Source of the DNA: Acidobacteriota bacterium
GTDB taxonomy: Bacteria; Acidobacteriota; UBA6911; JACQSX01
DNA: 34,219 bases
Direction of reading: 5' to 3'
NCBI GenBank assembly: GCA_036507075.1
Contig: DASXQR010000007.1
Span: forward strand, 1 to 34,219
The notes beneath the pieces were generated by a model. That model made no database searches. It saw nothing but the letters and a program-made list of their open reading frames with translations, and had not been told where the DNA came from. The translations under genes were made by a program, and so were the position numbers. Positions 1 to 9,463 of this stretch are shown piece by piece. Every line of letters starts with the position of its first letter. Position 1 is the stretch's first letter.

Positions 1-348
1 TTCGCCAATTGGATTTGGCTCCAGCGATGGAAGGGAACCAGTCCCACCTCCGCTTCCAAGTCCGACGAAGAGCTGGCGACCTTTCAGGCGCTCAAGCAGG
101 ACTGGCTCGAGTTGCGATCAGAAGTTGGACGTTTCGTGAAAGCGGTGACGGAGGAAAGGCTGCAATCCCCCTTGCCGTATAAAACGATGGATGGTGCGCC
201 TTACGCTCAGATTCTGGCAGACCAGATGCAGCACGTCATCAATCACTCCAGCTATCACCGCGGCCAGTTGATCACGATGCTACGCCAATTGGGCGCTCCG
301 GGAATCGGCACCGACCTGATTTCCTACATCCGGGAAAAAGAAGGGTGA
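1..348 (+). CDS. DinB family protein (5' partial)
   Basis: Frame is open from base 1 (FANWIWLQRWKG...) and ends with the DinB-type motif HVINHSSYHRGQLITMLRQLG. Confidence 0.85.
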   Translation, partial: FANWIWLQRWKGTSPTSASKSDEELATFQALKQDWLELRSEVGRFVKAVTEERLQSPLPYKTMDGAPYAQILADQMQHVINHSSYHRGQLITMLRQLGAPGIGTDLISYIREKEG

Positions 349-366
349 GGAAGGGGAAGACACCAA

Positions 367-581
367 CAGCCGAGCCGCACGCGTAAGCAAGCGGACCCTC
401 CGCCGGTAGTTTGCCACGAAGACACGAAGGATAACGATTGAGTTAGAAGTGCCACTTCGCCGACAACCTGGATCGAGTTATGAGAAGTGTCACTTCAAAG
501 TGAATAGCGATTCTTCGTGCCTTCGTGCCTTCGTGGCAAATCCCGGCGGAGGGTCCGCTTGCTTCGCGCGAGGCTCGGCTG
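367..581. repeat. Palindromic dispersed element family A, copy 1
   Basis: Outer inverted arms CAGCCGAGCCGCACGCGTAAGCAAGCGGACCCTCCGCCGG, inner arms TTTGCCACGAAGACACGAAG, and a core shared with copies at 7292 and 15329. Confidence 0.9.
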
Positions 582-600
582 GCATAACCCCAAAGCCACA

Positions 601-1629
601 TCAATACAGCTTCGCCTCCAGATCCTTGTAGACTTTCTCTACGTTTGCCCCGATTGATTCATTGAATCTTCCCGCCATTCCACCCTCGTATCCGGACGCG
701 AGAGCGGCGGCCACGGATTTTTGCGCCTGCTGCAATGTCTCTCCGCGCTGCCGCGCTTTTCGAGTTTCCTCAATCAGATCTGCCAGATAGTTGCGGAAGA
801 ATGTCAGATGCGATTTCGGTTTCACATCCCCGTGCCCGCCGATGATGTGGTCAAAGCTGAGTTTGGAAAGCCGATCGAGTGTCGCCACCCACTCAGGAGG
901 GAATCCATCGGCCATGAAAGGCATCCATCCGTGCAGCAAATCGCCTGTCGCCACCACCTTTTCGGCGGGCAAATAGACGACTGCGTCTCCGGAGGTATGG
1001 CCGCGTCCCAGAAAAAGAATAAAGAGATCCCGCGTTTTCTTGTGCAGAATCAGCGATTTGTCGAAAGTCATTTCCGGAAGGGTGACTTGCATGGTCCGCA
1101 GCTCGGCCAGGTAACTTTCTGCCTGCGAAAGGTCCGATTTCAATTTGGTGGCTGCGGCGGAATTTCCTTCGGCGGCAATCCGCTTTCTCAGATCCGCGAT
1201 CTCCGCCGGCATTTGATCCAATTGCTGCCGAACCGACGGAATTCCCTTGTTGATGATGTTTTCGCGCGTGGCCTCGGATGAAATGATGGTTACGTCTTTG
1301 GGGAAGGCCGCCGGATAAGCCTGATTTCCCTGCGCATGATCCCAGTGAAAGTGGCTGTTGACGACGTAACGAACCGGTTTGTGGGTGATGGTTTTCAGTT
1401 GATTGATCAATGCGCGGGCCGCCGACGGCTTTGAATGACTGTCAACAATCAGCACTCCATCTTCGTTTACGATGACGGCGGCATTGCAATTCAATTTGTA
1501 CTGCGGCCGCGCAAGCGCCGCATACACGCCATCGGCGATTTTCTGAAAATCAAAAAGCGGCGTCTGGGCCGAGGATACGCCTCCAAGGCAAAGCATCATT
1601 CCGATCAGCAAGCCGAATTTCCTTAGCAT
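601..1629 (-). CDS. Secreted MBL-fold metallo-hydrolase
   Basis: Motifs SHFHWDH, GHT, TGD and GHG; signal peptide MLRKFGLLIGMMLCLGGVSSA; AGGAGGAG RBS before the ATG at 1629. Confidence 0.85.
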   Translation of the reverse strand: MLRKFGLLIGMMLCLGGVSSAQTPLFDFQKIADGVYAALARPQYKLNCNAAVIVNEDGVLIVDSHSKPSAARALINQLKTITHKPVRYVVNSHFHWDHAQGNQAYPAAFPKDVTIISSEATRENIINKGIPSVRQQLDQMPAEIADLRKRIAAEGNSAAATKLKSDLSQAESYLAELRTMQVTLPEMTFDKSLILHKKTRDLFILFLGRGHTSGDAVVYLPAEKVVATGDLLHGWMPFMADGFPPEWVATLDRLSKLSFDHIIGGHGDVKPKSHLTFFRNYLADLIEETRKARQRGETLQQAQKSVAAALASGYEGGMAGRFNESIGANVEKVYKDLEAKLY

Positions 1630-1814
1630 AGAATCTCCTCCTCCTGAGTTACGAAGAATAAAAAAGTCACAAAGTCGAAAGTCAAACGTCCGTTCCAACG
1701 GCCGAATATCGAACGTTGGAACGTGGAACTTCCGATTTCCGACTCCTTAACTCCAAAGGTTTCAAAATATTCGGTCTTCGAACACTCCAAGTTCAAAGCC
1801 CGCAGCTTCACACC

Positions 1815-1913
1815 TTCGACTTTTGACCTTCGACTTTTGACTTTCGACTTTTGACTTTCGACTTTAGACTTTCGACCTTCGACTTTCGACTTTAGACTTT
1901 CGACTTTCAGACT
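1815..1913. repeat. Heptamer tandem array (TTCGACT/TTTGACT)
   Basis: More than 10 degenerate 7-bp units are directly visible. Confidence 0.9.
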
Positions 1914-1988
1914 CTTTATTCAATTGATAGACTGTGTCACCGTTTGGCAAGAATGAGCAGAATACTACCTTTCCAGGAGCCTTAATCC

Positions 1989-2768
1989 ATGTTTTTGGCT
2001 ATTCTGATCTGGATCATTACGCTCGCGACGGTGGTGCTCTTTTCCATCGGAAAGTGGACTTTTCCCATAGCGGCATCGACCCACGCGCCTCGTGTCGACC
2101 ATCATTACTACGTAGTGCTGATAATCTGCGGCATCATCTTCTTTCTGGCACAAATGGCTCTGGGGTGGGTACTTTTCCGCTACCGTGACCGCGGGGGGAA
2201 GGCCGTGTACACTCACGGCAATAATCGCCTGGAACTGGTCTGGACGATCGCCACCGCCGTTATCTTTTTTGCCCTGAACATCATGGGCCAGAAGGTTTGG
2301 GCCGACTTGAGATTCCAAAGCGCGCCGGCCGACGCCATCCGGATCGAGGTTTACGGCCAGCAGTTTGTATGGAACATTCGCTACGCGGGGAAAGATGGAA
2401 AATTCGGACGCACCGATGCAAAACTGATCAGCGATTCGGGCGGTAATCCGCTGGGAATCGACGACACAGATCCCGCCGGCAAGGATGACATCGTTGCGCC
2501 GACCATGGCCGTCCCGGTGAATCGTCCCGTGGAAATCACGTTGCGAGCCAAGGATGTGACGCATGCCTTTTTTGTGCGGGAGCTTCGTATCAAGCAGGAT
2601 GCGGTGCCGGGAATGGCAATTCCGATTCACTTTACCGCGACGCAAATCGGATCCTATGAAGTTGCATGCGCCGAGCTCTGCGGGCTGGGCCACTACAAGA
2701 TGCGCAGTGTGATCGAAGTCCTCTCCGAACAGGATTATGAAAAATGGCTAAAGGATCACGCCCCATAA
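1989..2768 (+). CDS. coxB: Cytochrome c oxidase subunit II
   Basis: CuA motif DVTHAF...CAELCGLGHYKM, N-terminal TM helices, AGGAG RBS. Confidence 0.95.
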   Translation: MFLAILIWIITLATVVLFSIGKWTFPIAASTHAPRVDHHYYVVLIICGIIFFLAQMALGWVLFRYRDRGGKAVYTHGNNRLELVWTIATAVIFFALNIMGQKVWADLRFQSAPADAIRIEVYGQQFVWNIRYAGKDGKFGRTDAKLISDSGGNPLGIDDTDPAGKDDIVAPTMAVPVNRPVEITLRAKDVTHAFFVRELRIKQDAVPGMAIPIHFTATQIGSYEVACAELCGLGHYKMRSVIEVLSEQDYEKWLKDHAP

Positions 2769-2773
2769 TCTTA

Positions 2774-2843
2774 AGTCGAAGGTCTGAAAGTCTAAAGTCA
2801 AAGGTCGAAAGTTGAAGGTCGAAAGTCGAAGGTCGAAAGTTAG
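2774..2843. repeat. Heptamer tandem array (AGTCGAA/GGTCGAA)
   Basis: Units are the reverse complement of the 1815-1913 array. Confidence 0.85.
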
Positions 2844-2903
2844 AAACTAGTTGCCTGTGACAGTGAAATTGGGACTGGATGGCTCTGCACGACCTCAATC
2901 GTA

Positions 2904-2991
2904 TTCACCGCAGAGGCGCAAAGAACGCCAAGTTGCCGCCGAGTTTGCCAGCTCTGCGCAAACTCTGGGGCCTCAGCGGCTCTGCGGTGAA
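2904..2991. repeat. 9-mer-arm inverted repeat
   Basis: TTCACCGCAGAG...CTCTGCGGTGAA. Confidence 0.75.
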
Positions 2992-3074
2992 GTCATCGAC
3001 CGTCGAGCAGAAACTTTCGATAACACCCTTTTTCAGACTTTGGACTTCTTTTTTGGAGATAAGGAGATCAGAAA

Positions 3075-4874
3075 ATGTCTGAGCACCATGCTCATGCGGC
3101 GGGACATGAGGCGGGTCATGCGGCAGTTCATGCCGCGCCGGCCGGGTTTGTAAGAAAGTACATCTTCAGCCTGGATCACAAGGTGATCGGCATTCAGTAC
3201 TATCTGCTTGCTCTGTTCTCGGTCTTTTTGGGGATGTTCCTGTCACTGCTGATGCGCATCCAGCTCGCCTGGCCCGGAACGCACATACCGGGGCTGGGAA
3301 CAATCGCTCCGACGGGGGGTGCGGGCGGGATCATGACTCCCGAAATGTATCTGTCGCTCATGACCATGCACGGGACCATCATGGTGTTCTTCGTGTTGAC
3401 GACCGCGCCGCAGGGCGGCTTTGGAAATTACATTCTGCCCATTCAAATCGGGGCGGCCGATATGGCGTTTCCAGTCCTGAATATGCTCTCGTTCTGGGTA
3501 ACTTTCCTGGGGCTGATAACGCTGCTGGCGGCATTTTTCGTGGGAGCTCCTCTGTCGGGCTGGACCGCGTATCCACCGCTTAGCGCCATCGGCGAAATCG
3601 CCGGGCCGGGACAGGGAACCGGTCAGACTCTGTGGATTCTCAGCCTGGCGCTCTTCTCCGGCGCGTCTCTGATGGGCGCCCTCAACTTCATCGTGACCAC
3701 GATCGATCTGCGCACGCGCGGCATGAAATTCATGCGCATGCCGCTGACCTGCTGGGCGTGGTTCATTACGGCGATACTGGCTTTGCTGGCCTTCTCCGTG
3801 CTGCTGGCGGCGGGTGTTTTGCTGCTGCTGGATCGGACCCTGGGGACCAGCTTTTTCATTCCTGCCGGCCTGGTAGTCAACGACCAGCTACTCCCCCATA
3901 AAGGCGGATCTCCGCTGCTGTGGCAGCATTTGTTCTGGTTTTTCGGCCATCCCGAAGTTTACATCGCCATCCTGCCCGGAATGGGCGCGGTCTCACAGAT
4001 CCTTTCCACATTCTCACGCAAGCCGATCTTTGGTTATCGCGCGATGGTCTATGCCCTGATGGGGATCGGTTTCCTTGGATTCATGGTCTGGGGCCATCAC
4101 ATGTTCATGAGCGGCATGAGCCCCTACTCGGCTCTGGCCTTCTCCGTTCTCACCACGGCGATCGGCGTTCCGTCGGCCATAAAAACCTTTAACTGGATTG
4201 GCACGCTGTGGGGCGCAAATATCAGGCTCACCACGGCTATGCTGTTTGCGCTTGGATTTGTTTCGCTGTTTGTGACTGGCGGCTTGAGTGGACTGTTTCT
4301 GGCACAGCCGTCGATTGATACTTATTTTCAGGACACTTATTTTGTGGTGGCGCACTTCCACATGATCATGGGAGTGGCGGCCATTTTTGGTATTTTCGCC
4401 GGTACCTATTTCTGGTTCCCGAAGATGTTTGGCCGCATGATGAATGAAAGCTGGGGAAGGCTTCACTTCTGGCTGACGTTTGCCGGCGTGTATGCGATTT
4501 TCCTTCCGATGCATTTTCTGGGGGTCGTGGGGAACCCGCGAAGATATTCTCAGATGACGGAATTTGATTTTCTCAAGCCGCTCAGCGGGACACATGTCTT
4601 CATCAGTGTCGCAGCCATTATTACCATCACATCTCAGCTCATTTTCTTGTTTAACCTTTTCTACAGCATGCGACGCGGTCCCAAGGCGCCGATGAATCCC
4701 TGGAACTGCACCACGCTGGAGTGGACAGTACCCTCTCCCCCTCCGCACGACAATTTCGGCGGCAATCCGCCGCCGGTTTTCCATGGGGCCTATGAATATT
4801 CCGTTCCCGATGCCGCCGAGGATTACGTGATGCAGACAGATTCGAGGACGGTTGTTGCAGGCGGGAAGCACTGA
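3075..4874 (+). CDS. coxA: Cytochrome c oxidase subunit I (A1 type)
   Basis: Motifs DHKVIG, MTMHGTIM, WFFGHPEVY, VWGHHM and VVAHFH; AAGGAG RBS. Confidence 0.97.
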   Translation: MSEHHAHAAGHEAGHAAVHAAPAGFVRKYIFSLDHKVIGIQYYLLALFSVFLGMFLSLLMRIQLAWPGTHIPGLGTIAPTGGAGGIMTPEMYLSLMTMHGTIMVFFVLTTAPQGGFGNYILPIQIGAADMAFPVLNMLSFWVTFLGLITLLAAFFVGAPLSGWTAYPPLSAIGEIAGPGQGTGQTLWILSLALFSGASLMGALNFIVTTIDLRTRGMKFMRMPLTCWAWFITAILALLAFSVLLAAGVLLLLDRTLGTSFFIPAGLVVNDQLLPHKGGSPLLWQHLFWFFGHPEVYIAILPGMGAVSQILSTFSRKPIFGYRAMVYALMGIGFLGFMVWGHHMFMSGMSPYSALAFSVLTTAIGVPSAIKTFNWIGTLWGANIRLTTAMLFALGFVSLFVTGGLSGLFLAQPSIDTYFQDTYFVVAHFHMIMGVAAIFGIFAGTYFWFPKMFGRMMNESWGRLHFWLTFAGVYAIFLPMHFLGVVGNPRRYSQMTEFDFLKPLSGTHVFISVAAIITITSQLIFLFNLFYSMRRGPKAPMNPWNCTTLEWTVPSPPPHDNFGGNPPPVFHGAYEYSVPDAAEDYVMQTDSRTVVAGGKH

Positions 4875-4878
4875 AACC

Positions 4879-4912
4879 GAATGGGGAATGGGGAATGCGG
4901 AATGGGGAATGC
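4879..4912. repeat. Heptamer array GAATGGG/GAATGCG
   Basis: About 5 units just after the coxA stop. Confidence 0.8.
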
Positions 4913-4944
4913 ATTTCTGAGAACGTGATTGATCATCACAACAT

Positions 4945-5640
4945 ATGGCAACGATAGCGCCACCTGAACCGAAGCGATCCTCAGGCAGCGGAGGAAACGA
5001 AGCCCGTCTTCCTCCGCTGGACGGCTACGGAGGCGATGACGGACGAGGAGGACCGGCAGGCCTTTCGTTGCGGCGCTACTACACAGGAATGTGGTTTGCG
5101 CTGGCGCCCATTGTGATGTTGTTTACGGCGTTCACCAGCGCCTACGTCGTGCGCCAGGGATTGTCTCAGGATTGGACGTCCACCGATTTACCGTCGATTG
5201 TGTGGTGGAATTCGCTGATACTGCTGGCCAGCAGCGGCGCCATGGAGATGGCGCGCCGCAAAGCCCGGGGCATTGCAGGCAGGAGCCGCAGTGGGATGGT
5301 CGCTTGGCCCGACCTGAGCGGTAGTTTACGCCGCTGGCTCCTGGTCACGTCTGTTCTGGGGATGGGCTTTCTGGCCGGCCAGATCGAGGCGTGGAGGCAA
5401 CTGGCCAGGAAGGGGATTTACCTTGCGACCAATCCGAGCAGCTCGTTTTTCTATCTGCTTACGGCCACTCACGGCCTGCACCTGCTCGGCGGGGTGGCGG
5501 CACTGCTGGCCATCACTGCATTGGTTGCGCGCAGGCTCACGCCCGGGCGCCGAACAGGCGTGGCGGTGACGGCCATTTACTGGCATTTCATGGATTTGCT
5601 GTGGATCTATGTATTGCTTTTGATGACTGTTCTGAGGTGA
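4945..5640 (+). CDS. Cytochrome c oxidase subunit III-like protein (first)
   Basis: FFYLLTATHGLHLLGG and YWHFMD motifs. Confidence 0.9.
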   Translation: MATIAPPEPKRSSGSGGNEARLPPLDGYGGDDGRGGPAGLSLRRYYTGMWFALAPIVMLFTAFTSAYVVRQGLSQDWTSTDLPSIVWWNSLILLASSGAMEMARRKARGIAGRSRSGMVAWPDLSGSLRRWLLVTSVLGMGFLAGQIEAWRQLARKGIYLATNPSSSFFYLLTATHGLHLLGGVAALLAITALVARRLTPGRRTGVAVTAIYWHFMDLLWIYVLLLMTVLR

Positions 5641-5684
5641 TTGAATACGGGGTTCTGTGGCACTTGTGCGAAAAAAGGTTGGTC

Positions 5685-5767
5685 GGAGAGACGGCCTGAG
5701 GGCCGTCTCATGAGGGCCGTCTCACAAAATGTAGAATTCCCTGAGACGGCCCTCAGGCCGTCTTTCC
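5685..5767. repeat. REP-like palindrome cluster
   Basis: GAGACGGCCTGAGGGCCGTCTC and the inverted GAGACGGCCCTCAGGCCGTCT. Confidence 0.8.
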
Positions 5768-5802
5768 ACTGCCAAAGATACTGATTCGGAGGGCTACTGA
5801 GA

Positions 5803-6450
5803 ATGTCCAGTACGAATGCGGATTATGCAAACCGGGGATCGCTCTGGGAAGGCGGGGCAGCTCCTTACGCGATTGGCTCAAAGAAACTGGGGATGTGGCT
5901 GTTTATCATCGCTGACGCGCTCACTTTCTCGGCGCTGCTTATGGTCTACAGCTATCTTCGTTTTGCCACGGCGAATTGGCCGCGGCCGTTCCATACCTGG
6001 CCGAGCATCGCCATGGCAACGCTGATGACCTTCGTTCTTCTTTCCAGCTCGGTCACCATGGTCTTTGGCGTTCTGGCAGCTTCCCGAAATGATCGCAGGG
6101 CGACGGTCAAATGGATCATTTTCACCATGATCGGTGGACTCGCGTTTGTCGTGCTTCACAGCAATGAGTGGCTCGGTTTGATCCACGAAGGGGTCACTCC
6201 GTTTGGAAATCCCTGGGGAGAGCCGCTGTTCGGAGCCTCATTTTTCACGCTCACCGGTCTTCACATGACCCACGTCATTGTGGGCGTTATTTATCTCGGC
6301 ATCGTCGCCACCGGCTTCGGGAGGGGAAAGTTTTCGTCGGAGGATGTCGAAGTGAGTGGGCTTTACTGGCACTTTGTCGACCTGGTCTGGATGTTTATTT
6401 TTCCCATGGTTTATCTGATGTCGAATGTTGTGGGGGGAGGGGCGCACTGA
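5803..6450 (+). CDS. Cytochrome c oxidase subunit III-like protein (second)
   Basis: KLGMWLFI, FFTLTGLHMTHV and GLYWHFVDLVW motifs. Confidence 0.92.
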   Translation: MSSTNADYANRGSLWEGGAAPYAIGSKKLGMWLFIIADALTFSALLMVYSYLRFATANWPRPFHTWPSIAMATLMTFVLLSSSVTMVFGVLAASRNDRRATVKWIIFTMIGGLAFVVLHSNEWLGLIHEGVTPFGNPWGEPLFGASFFTLTGLHMTHVIVGVIYLGIVATGFGRGKFSSEDVEVSGLYWHFVDLVWMFIFPMVYLMSNVVGGGAH

Positions 6451-6451
6451 C

Positions 6452-6754
6452 ATGAGCGAGCATGCACACGCGGGCGGCAGAAAACTTTATCTAAGCGTTT
6501 GGGGTTGGCTCCTGGCTCTGACTGTCCTGGAAGTGATACTGGCCTACCAGCATCTAAGCGTGCATGTCATGTTGACGTTGCTGGTGGGATTGTCGGTGAT
6601 CAAAGCCGCTCTGATTATTTCTTATTTCATGCACCTGCGATTTGAGAGATTCAGTCTCTTCTTGACGCTGTTTCCGGCGCTGATCTTTTGCGTCGTCCTG
6701 CTTCTTACGCTCTTCCCCGACGCGGCGCGTCTTTATCACCTTCGGTATCCGTGA
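6452..6754 (+). CDS. Cytochrome c oxidase subunit IV family protein
   Basis: Three TM helices and KAALIISYFMHLRFE; ATG lies 1 nt after the upstream stop, with a GGAGG RBS. Confidence 0.9.
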   Translation: MSEHAHAGGRKLYLSVWGWLLALTVLEVILAYQHLSVHVMLTLLVGLSVIKAALIISYFMHLRFERFSLFLTLFPALIFCVVLLLTLFPDAARLYHLRYP

Positions 6755-6759
6755 AATTC

Positions 6760-7062
6760 GAATGCGGAATGGGAAATGCGGAATGTAGAATGCGGAATGC
6801 GGAATGTAGAATGCAGAATGCGAAATGAGGAATGAGGAATGAGGAATGGGGGAATGGGTGTATGTCAGTTTGCTTTGCGGTCATTGCGTTGGGCGATTGA
6901 AACGTCGAAATCCCGGCGAGCCAGTGATATAGTCCATTATGGAATCGAAGAATTATTATGAGTGTTCTGCTTAGCAGATTCAGGGAACTAATATTCCGCC
7001 TTCCGCATTCCGCCTTCCGCAATTCTCTAACATTCCGCCTTCCGCCTTCCGCCTTCCGCCTT
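6760..7062. repeat. Inverted pair of heptamer arrays: GAATGCG/GAATGAG (6760-6858) and TTCCGCC/TTCCGCA (6993-7062)
   Basis: Directly visible and roughly complementary to each other. Confidence 0.85.
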
Positions 7063-7308
7063 CTGCTTTGCACGGCTTTGAGCGTGGCTCTACTCATCTC
7101 AATGCCTGCGGCTGTATTCGGGCAGGGCTGCTCGATGTGCCGTGCGAACGCGGCGGCAACCGGCCCTCGGGGCATGAGGTCGATTAACCGTGGAATCTTT
7201 GTTCTGCTCTTGCCGACATTAAGCTTGCTGGGCGTCATCGCAATCGCGACCTACCGGCGCCGCGATTCAGACGGCCAGGATTCACCCCCATCCGAGCCGC
7301 GCGCGTAA
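6958..7308 (+). CDS. Small membrane protein associated with the oxidase operon (CSMC motif); start uncertain
   Basis: Signal-like segment, then QGCSMCRANAA, then a TM helix; located at the end of the cox operon. Confidence 0.65.
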   Translation: MSVLLSRFRELIFRLPHSAFRNSLTFRLPPSAFRLLLCTALSVALLISMPAAVFGQGCSMCRANAAATGPRGMRSINRGIFVLLLPTLSLLGVIAIATYRRRDSDGQDSPPSEPRA

Positions 7309-7455
7309 GCAAGCGGACCCTCCGCTGGTAGTTTGCCACGAAGGCACGAAGAATCGCCATTCATTTTGAAGTGACACTTCTCACAACTCGATCCAGGTTG
7401 TCGGAGAAGTGGCACTTCTAACTCAATGGTTGTCCTTCGTGCCTTCGTGGCAAAT
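7292..7455. repeat. Palindromic element family A, copy 2 (inverted core, one outer arm)
   Basis: Core is the reverse complement of copy 1; the right outer arm is missing. Confidence 0.9.
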
Positions 7456-7472
7456 CGGAATCGCGAATTCTT

Positions 7473-9191
7473 CTACAGAATCGCTTCCCGGTCCAGCCGC
7501 TCGAAAACATAACCCATCCAGCGGCTGACCAATGCCGCCTCCAGCATCAGGACTGACGATGCGGCGATTCCAGCCGCCAGGAACCCGAGGCCCAAGGGCA
7601 ACCGTCCTGTGAGCCACAAGATAACGCCGCCTGCCAACCCGGCGGGCGCCAACCCGGCAAGAAGCATGATCAGCATTCCGACAAGAGTGATCAATCGTTG
7701 TCCTACCGCTTCCAGACCCTGCGCCCTGTCCGGCCCAAGATTTACCCACCCCGGAAAGAAAAGCACGGCTGCGTTCTGAATCAGTACTCCGTTGACCAGA
7801 ATTGAGCCGCCCACCAGCAGGCAACTTACCAGCATGAACCCGCGTCCTGTTTCCGGAAGGTAAGGCAGGTTTAACGGAAATACCAGCCAGGCTGCCAGGA
7901 TCAGCAGGACCCACTGGGCGGTCACAAGAATGATGGATGGGGCCAGCAACTCGGCCCGTACCAGTCGCACGCCGCTCAGAGGGAAGGTTTTCAGCGTCTC
8001 CAGATAAAGCAAATCCTGCCGCAGGTCGTTGCGAACCAGTTGAGGGCCCAGCAGCAGCAAGATCACCGCCATTCCGGCAAAGGCCCCCGCCAGGATAAGA
8101 GTTCTGTCGGCTCGCGCCGCCGACTTGAGCGTCAACCCCAGCACCAGCAGCAGCGGAAAGAAGAGCGCTACGAATCTGAGGTTGAAATGTCGCCCGGCCA
8201 GGATGAAGTTTTTCCACACCAGAGCCAGTTCCGGCAGGCCTGCGGGGCGAAGCTCAAACGGGGGTTTTCGATACTTTACCGGCGATCTCCGACCTTCCTT
8301 TTGAAGAGCGCGCCTCAGCGCCGCCCGCTCGGCAGCTTCAAACGAGGCTTCCTCAAAGGCCGCCTGCGTTCGAACCACCCAGACGTAATGCAGCAGGAAG
8401 ATTACTCCGGCAGGGATCAGGGAACGGACGATGCCTGCCGGCCGGCCGGCAAGAGCCGGACGGATCACCCACCGGAAAGGAAGCAGGAGGATCGCCAGTG
8501 GCTGTGTGTCGGTGATCTCGAGTGCTTCATTCAGGAACGCTCGAAAACTTTGATCCATTGCCGCCGCAAGCTGCAGCCTCATCTCCCAGCCGGTCCACAG
8601 CAACGCCGACCCGGCCAGGATCAGAAGCAGCGCCACAGGGAACTGGCGCTTCCAGCCCGCTGCTCCGTGCTGGAGCAAAGTGGTGCGTGTCAGCCGCACG
8701 CCGATCGAATGCAGGTTCATGGTGGCCAGCATCATCCAGATGGCGAAAAAATGAGGCCACGTTCGCAACAGAAGGATTTCGCCTCTAACGGTGAACAAAA
8801 ACGCGAGCCCGATGAAGATGGCCAATTGGGATCGGAAAAGGCGGTAATGCACCAATCCCTGCCTGGAAATGGGCCCGGTAAACAAAAATTGCACCTCGGC
8901 CAGGCTGAAATTCAAGGCGTTTCTTTCGGCGGGAAGCAGCCAGAGCTGAAGCGCCATCAAAAAGAGAATGAGACTGGCGCCGCCTTCGATCATACGCAGC
9001 GTATCCGGGGAAAAATTATTCATGGAATCGGCGGCCCGGCCTCCCACCAGATTTCTCAGGAAAACAGTGGAAAGATAAGCAATCCCCAGGATGGAGGCAA
9101 TCAGGTAGCGGGGCTGCCGCAGCCGCCGTAGCCGGCGTAAAGTCCGGTTCTTCAGGTTGTGGGTAATGATGAAGGAAAAGATTTGAAACAT
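7473..9191 (-). CDS. Putative ABC exporter permease
   Basis: Multi-TM protein with FSLAEVQFLFTGP and RNDLRQDL motifs, downstream of an ABC ATPase. Confidence 0.85.
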   Translation of the reverse strand: MFQIFSFIITHNLKNRTLRRLRRLRQPRYLIASILGIAYLSTVFLRNLVGGRAADSMNNFSPDTLRMIEGGASLILFLMALQLWLLPAERNALNFSLAEVQFLFTGPISRQGLVHYRLFRSQLAIFIGLAFLFTVRGEILLLRTWPHFFAIWMMLATMNLHSIGVRLTRTTLLQHGAAGWKRQFPVALLLILAGSALLWTGWEMRLQLAAAMDQSFRAFLNEALEITDTQPLAILLLPFRWVIRPALAGRPAGIVRSLIPAGVIFLLHYVWVVRTQAAFEEASFEAAERAALRRALQKEGRRSPVKYRKPPFELRPAGLPELALVWKNFILAGRHFNLRFVALFFPLLLVLGLTLKSAARADRTLILAGAFAGMAVILLLLGPQLVRNDLRQDLLYLETLKTFPLSGVRLVRAELLAPSIILVTAQWVLLILAAWLVFPLNLPYLPETGRGFMLVSCLLVGGSILVNGVLIQNAAVLFFPGWVNLGPDRAQGLEAVGQRLITLVGMLIMLLAGLAPAGLAGGVILWLTGRLPLGLGFLAAGIAASSVLMLEAALVSRWMGYVFERLDREAIL

Positions 9192-9239
9192 TGCTTCTTT
9201 GAACGCGCAGGCAACTCACATCGGCGCGTCCGCTCCCTT

Positions 9240-9416
9240 CGAACGTGAGAAAAAATCAGTACCGCACCCGTAAGGGAGCGCAGGGAGGATCTTTGTTGTT
9301 TTCACAAAGCCCAAAATGTTGGGGTTAGCACCCAGCTACGAAAGAGTCGGTGCAATTTGTTAGATGCTCCCTGCGCTCCCTTACGGGCGCGGTACTGATT
9401 TTTTCTCTCACGTTCG
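9240..9416. repeat. Long REP-like palindrome
   Basis: Arms of about 50 bp: CGAACGTGAGAAAAAATCAGTACCGCACCCGTAAGGGAGCGCAGGGAG and its near-perfect complement. Confidence 0.9.
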
Positions 9417-9463
9417 TCTGGGCGCGGCTCTGCAGGTGCACGTGAATTATGTCAGCAGGCCGC

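Noticed and set aside
440..496. Repeat-spacer-repeat in the family A core as a mini CRISPR array
   Set aside because: Only two short units, and the spacer is nearly identical in all three dispersed copies.
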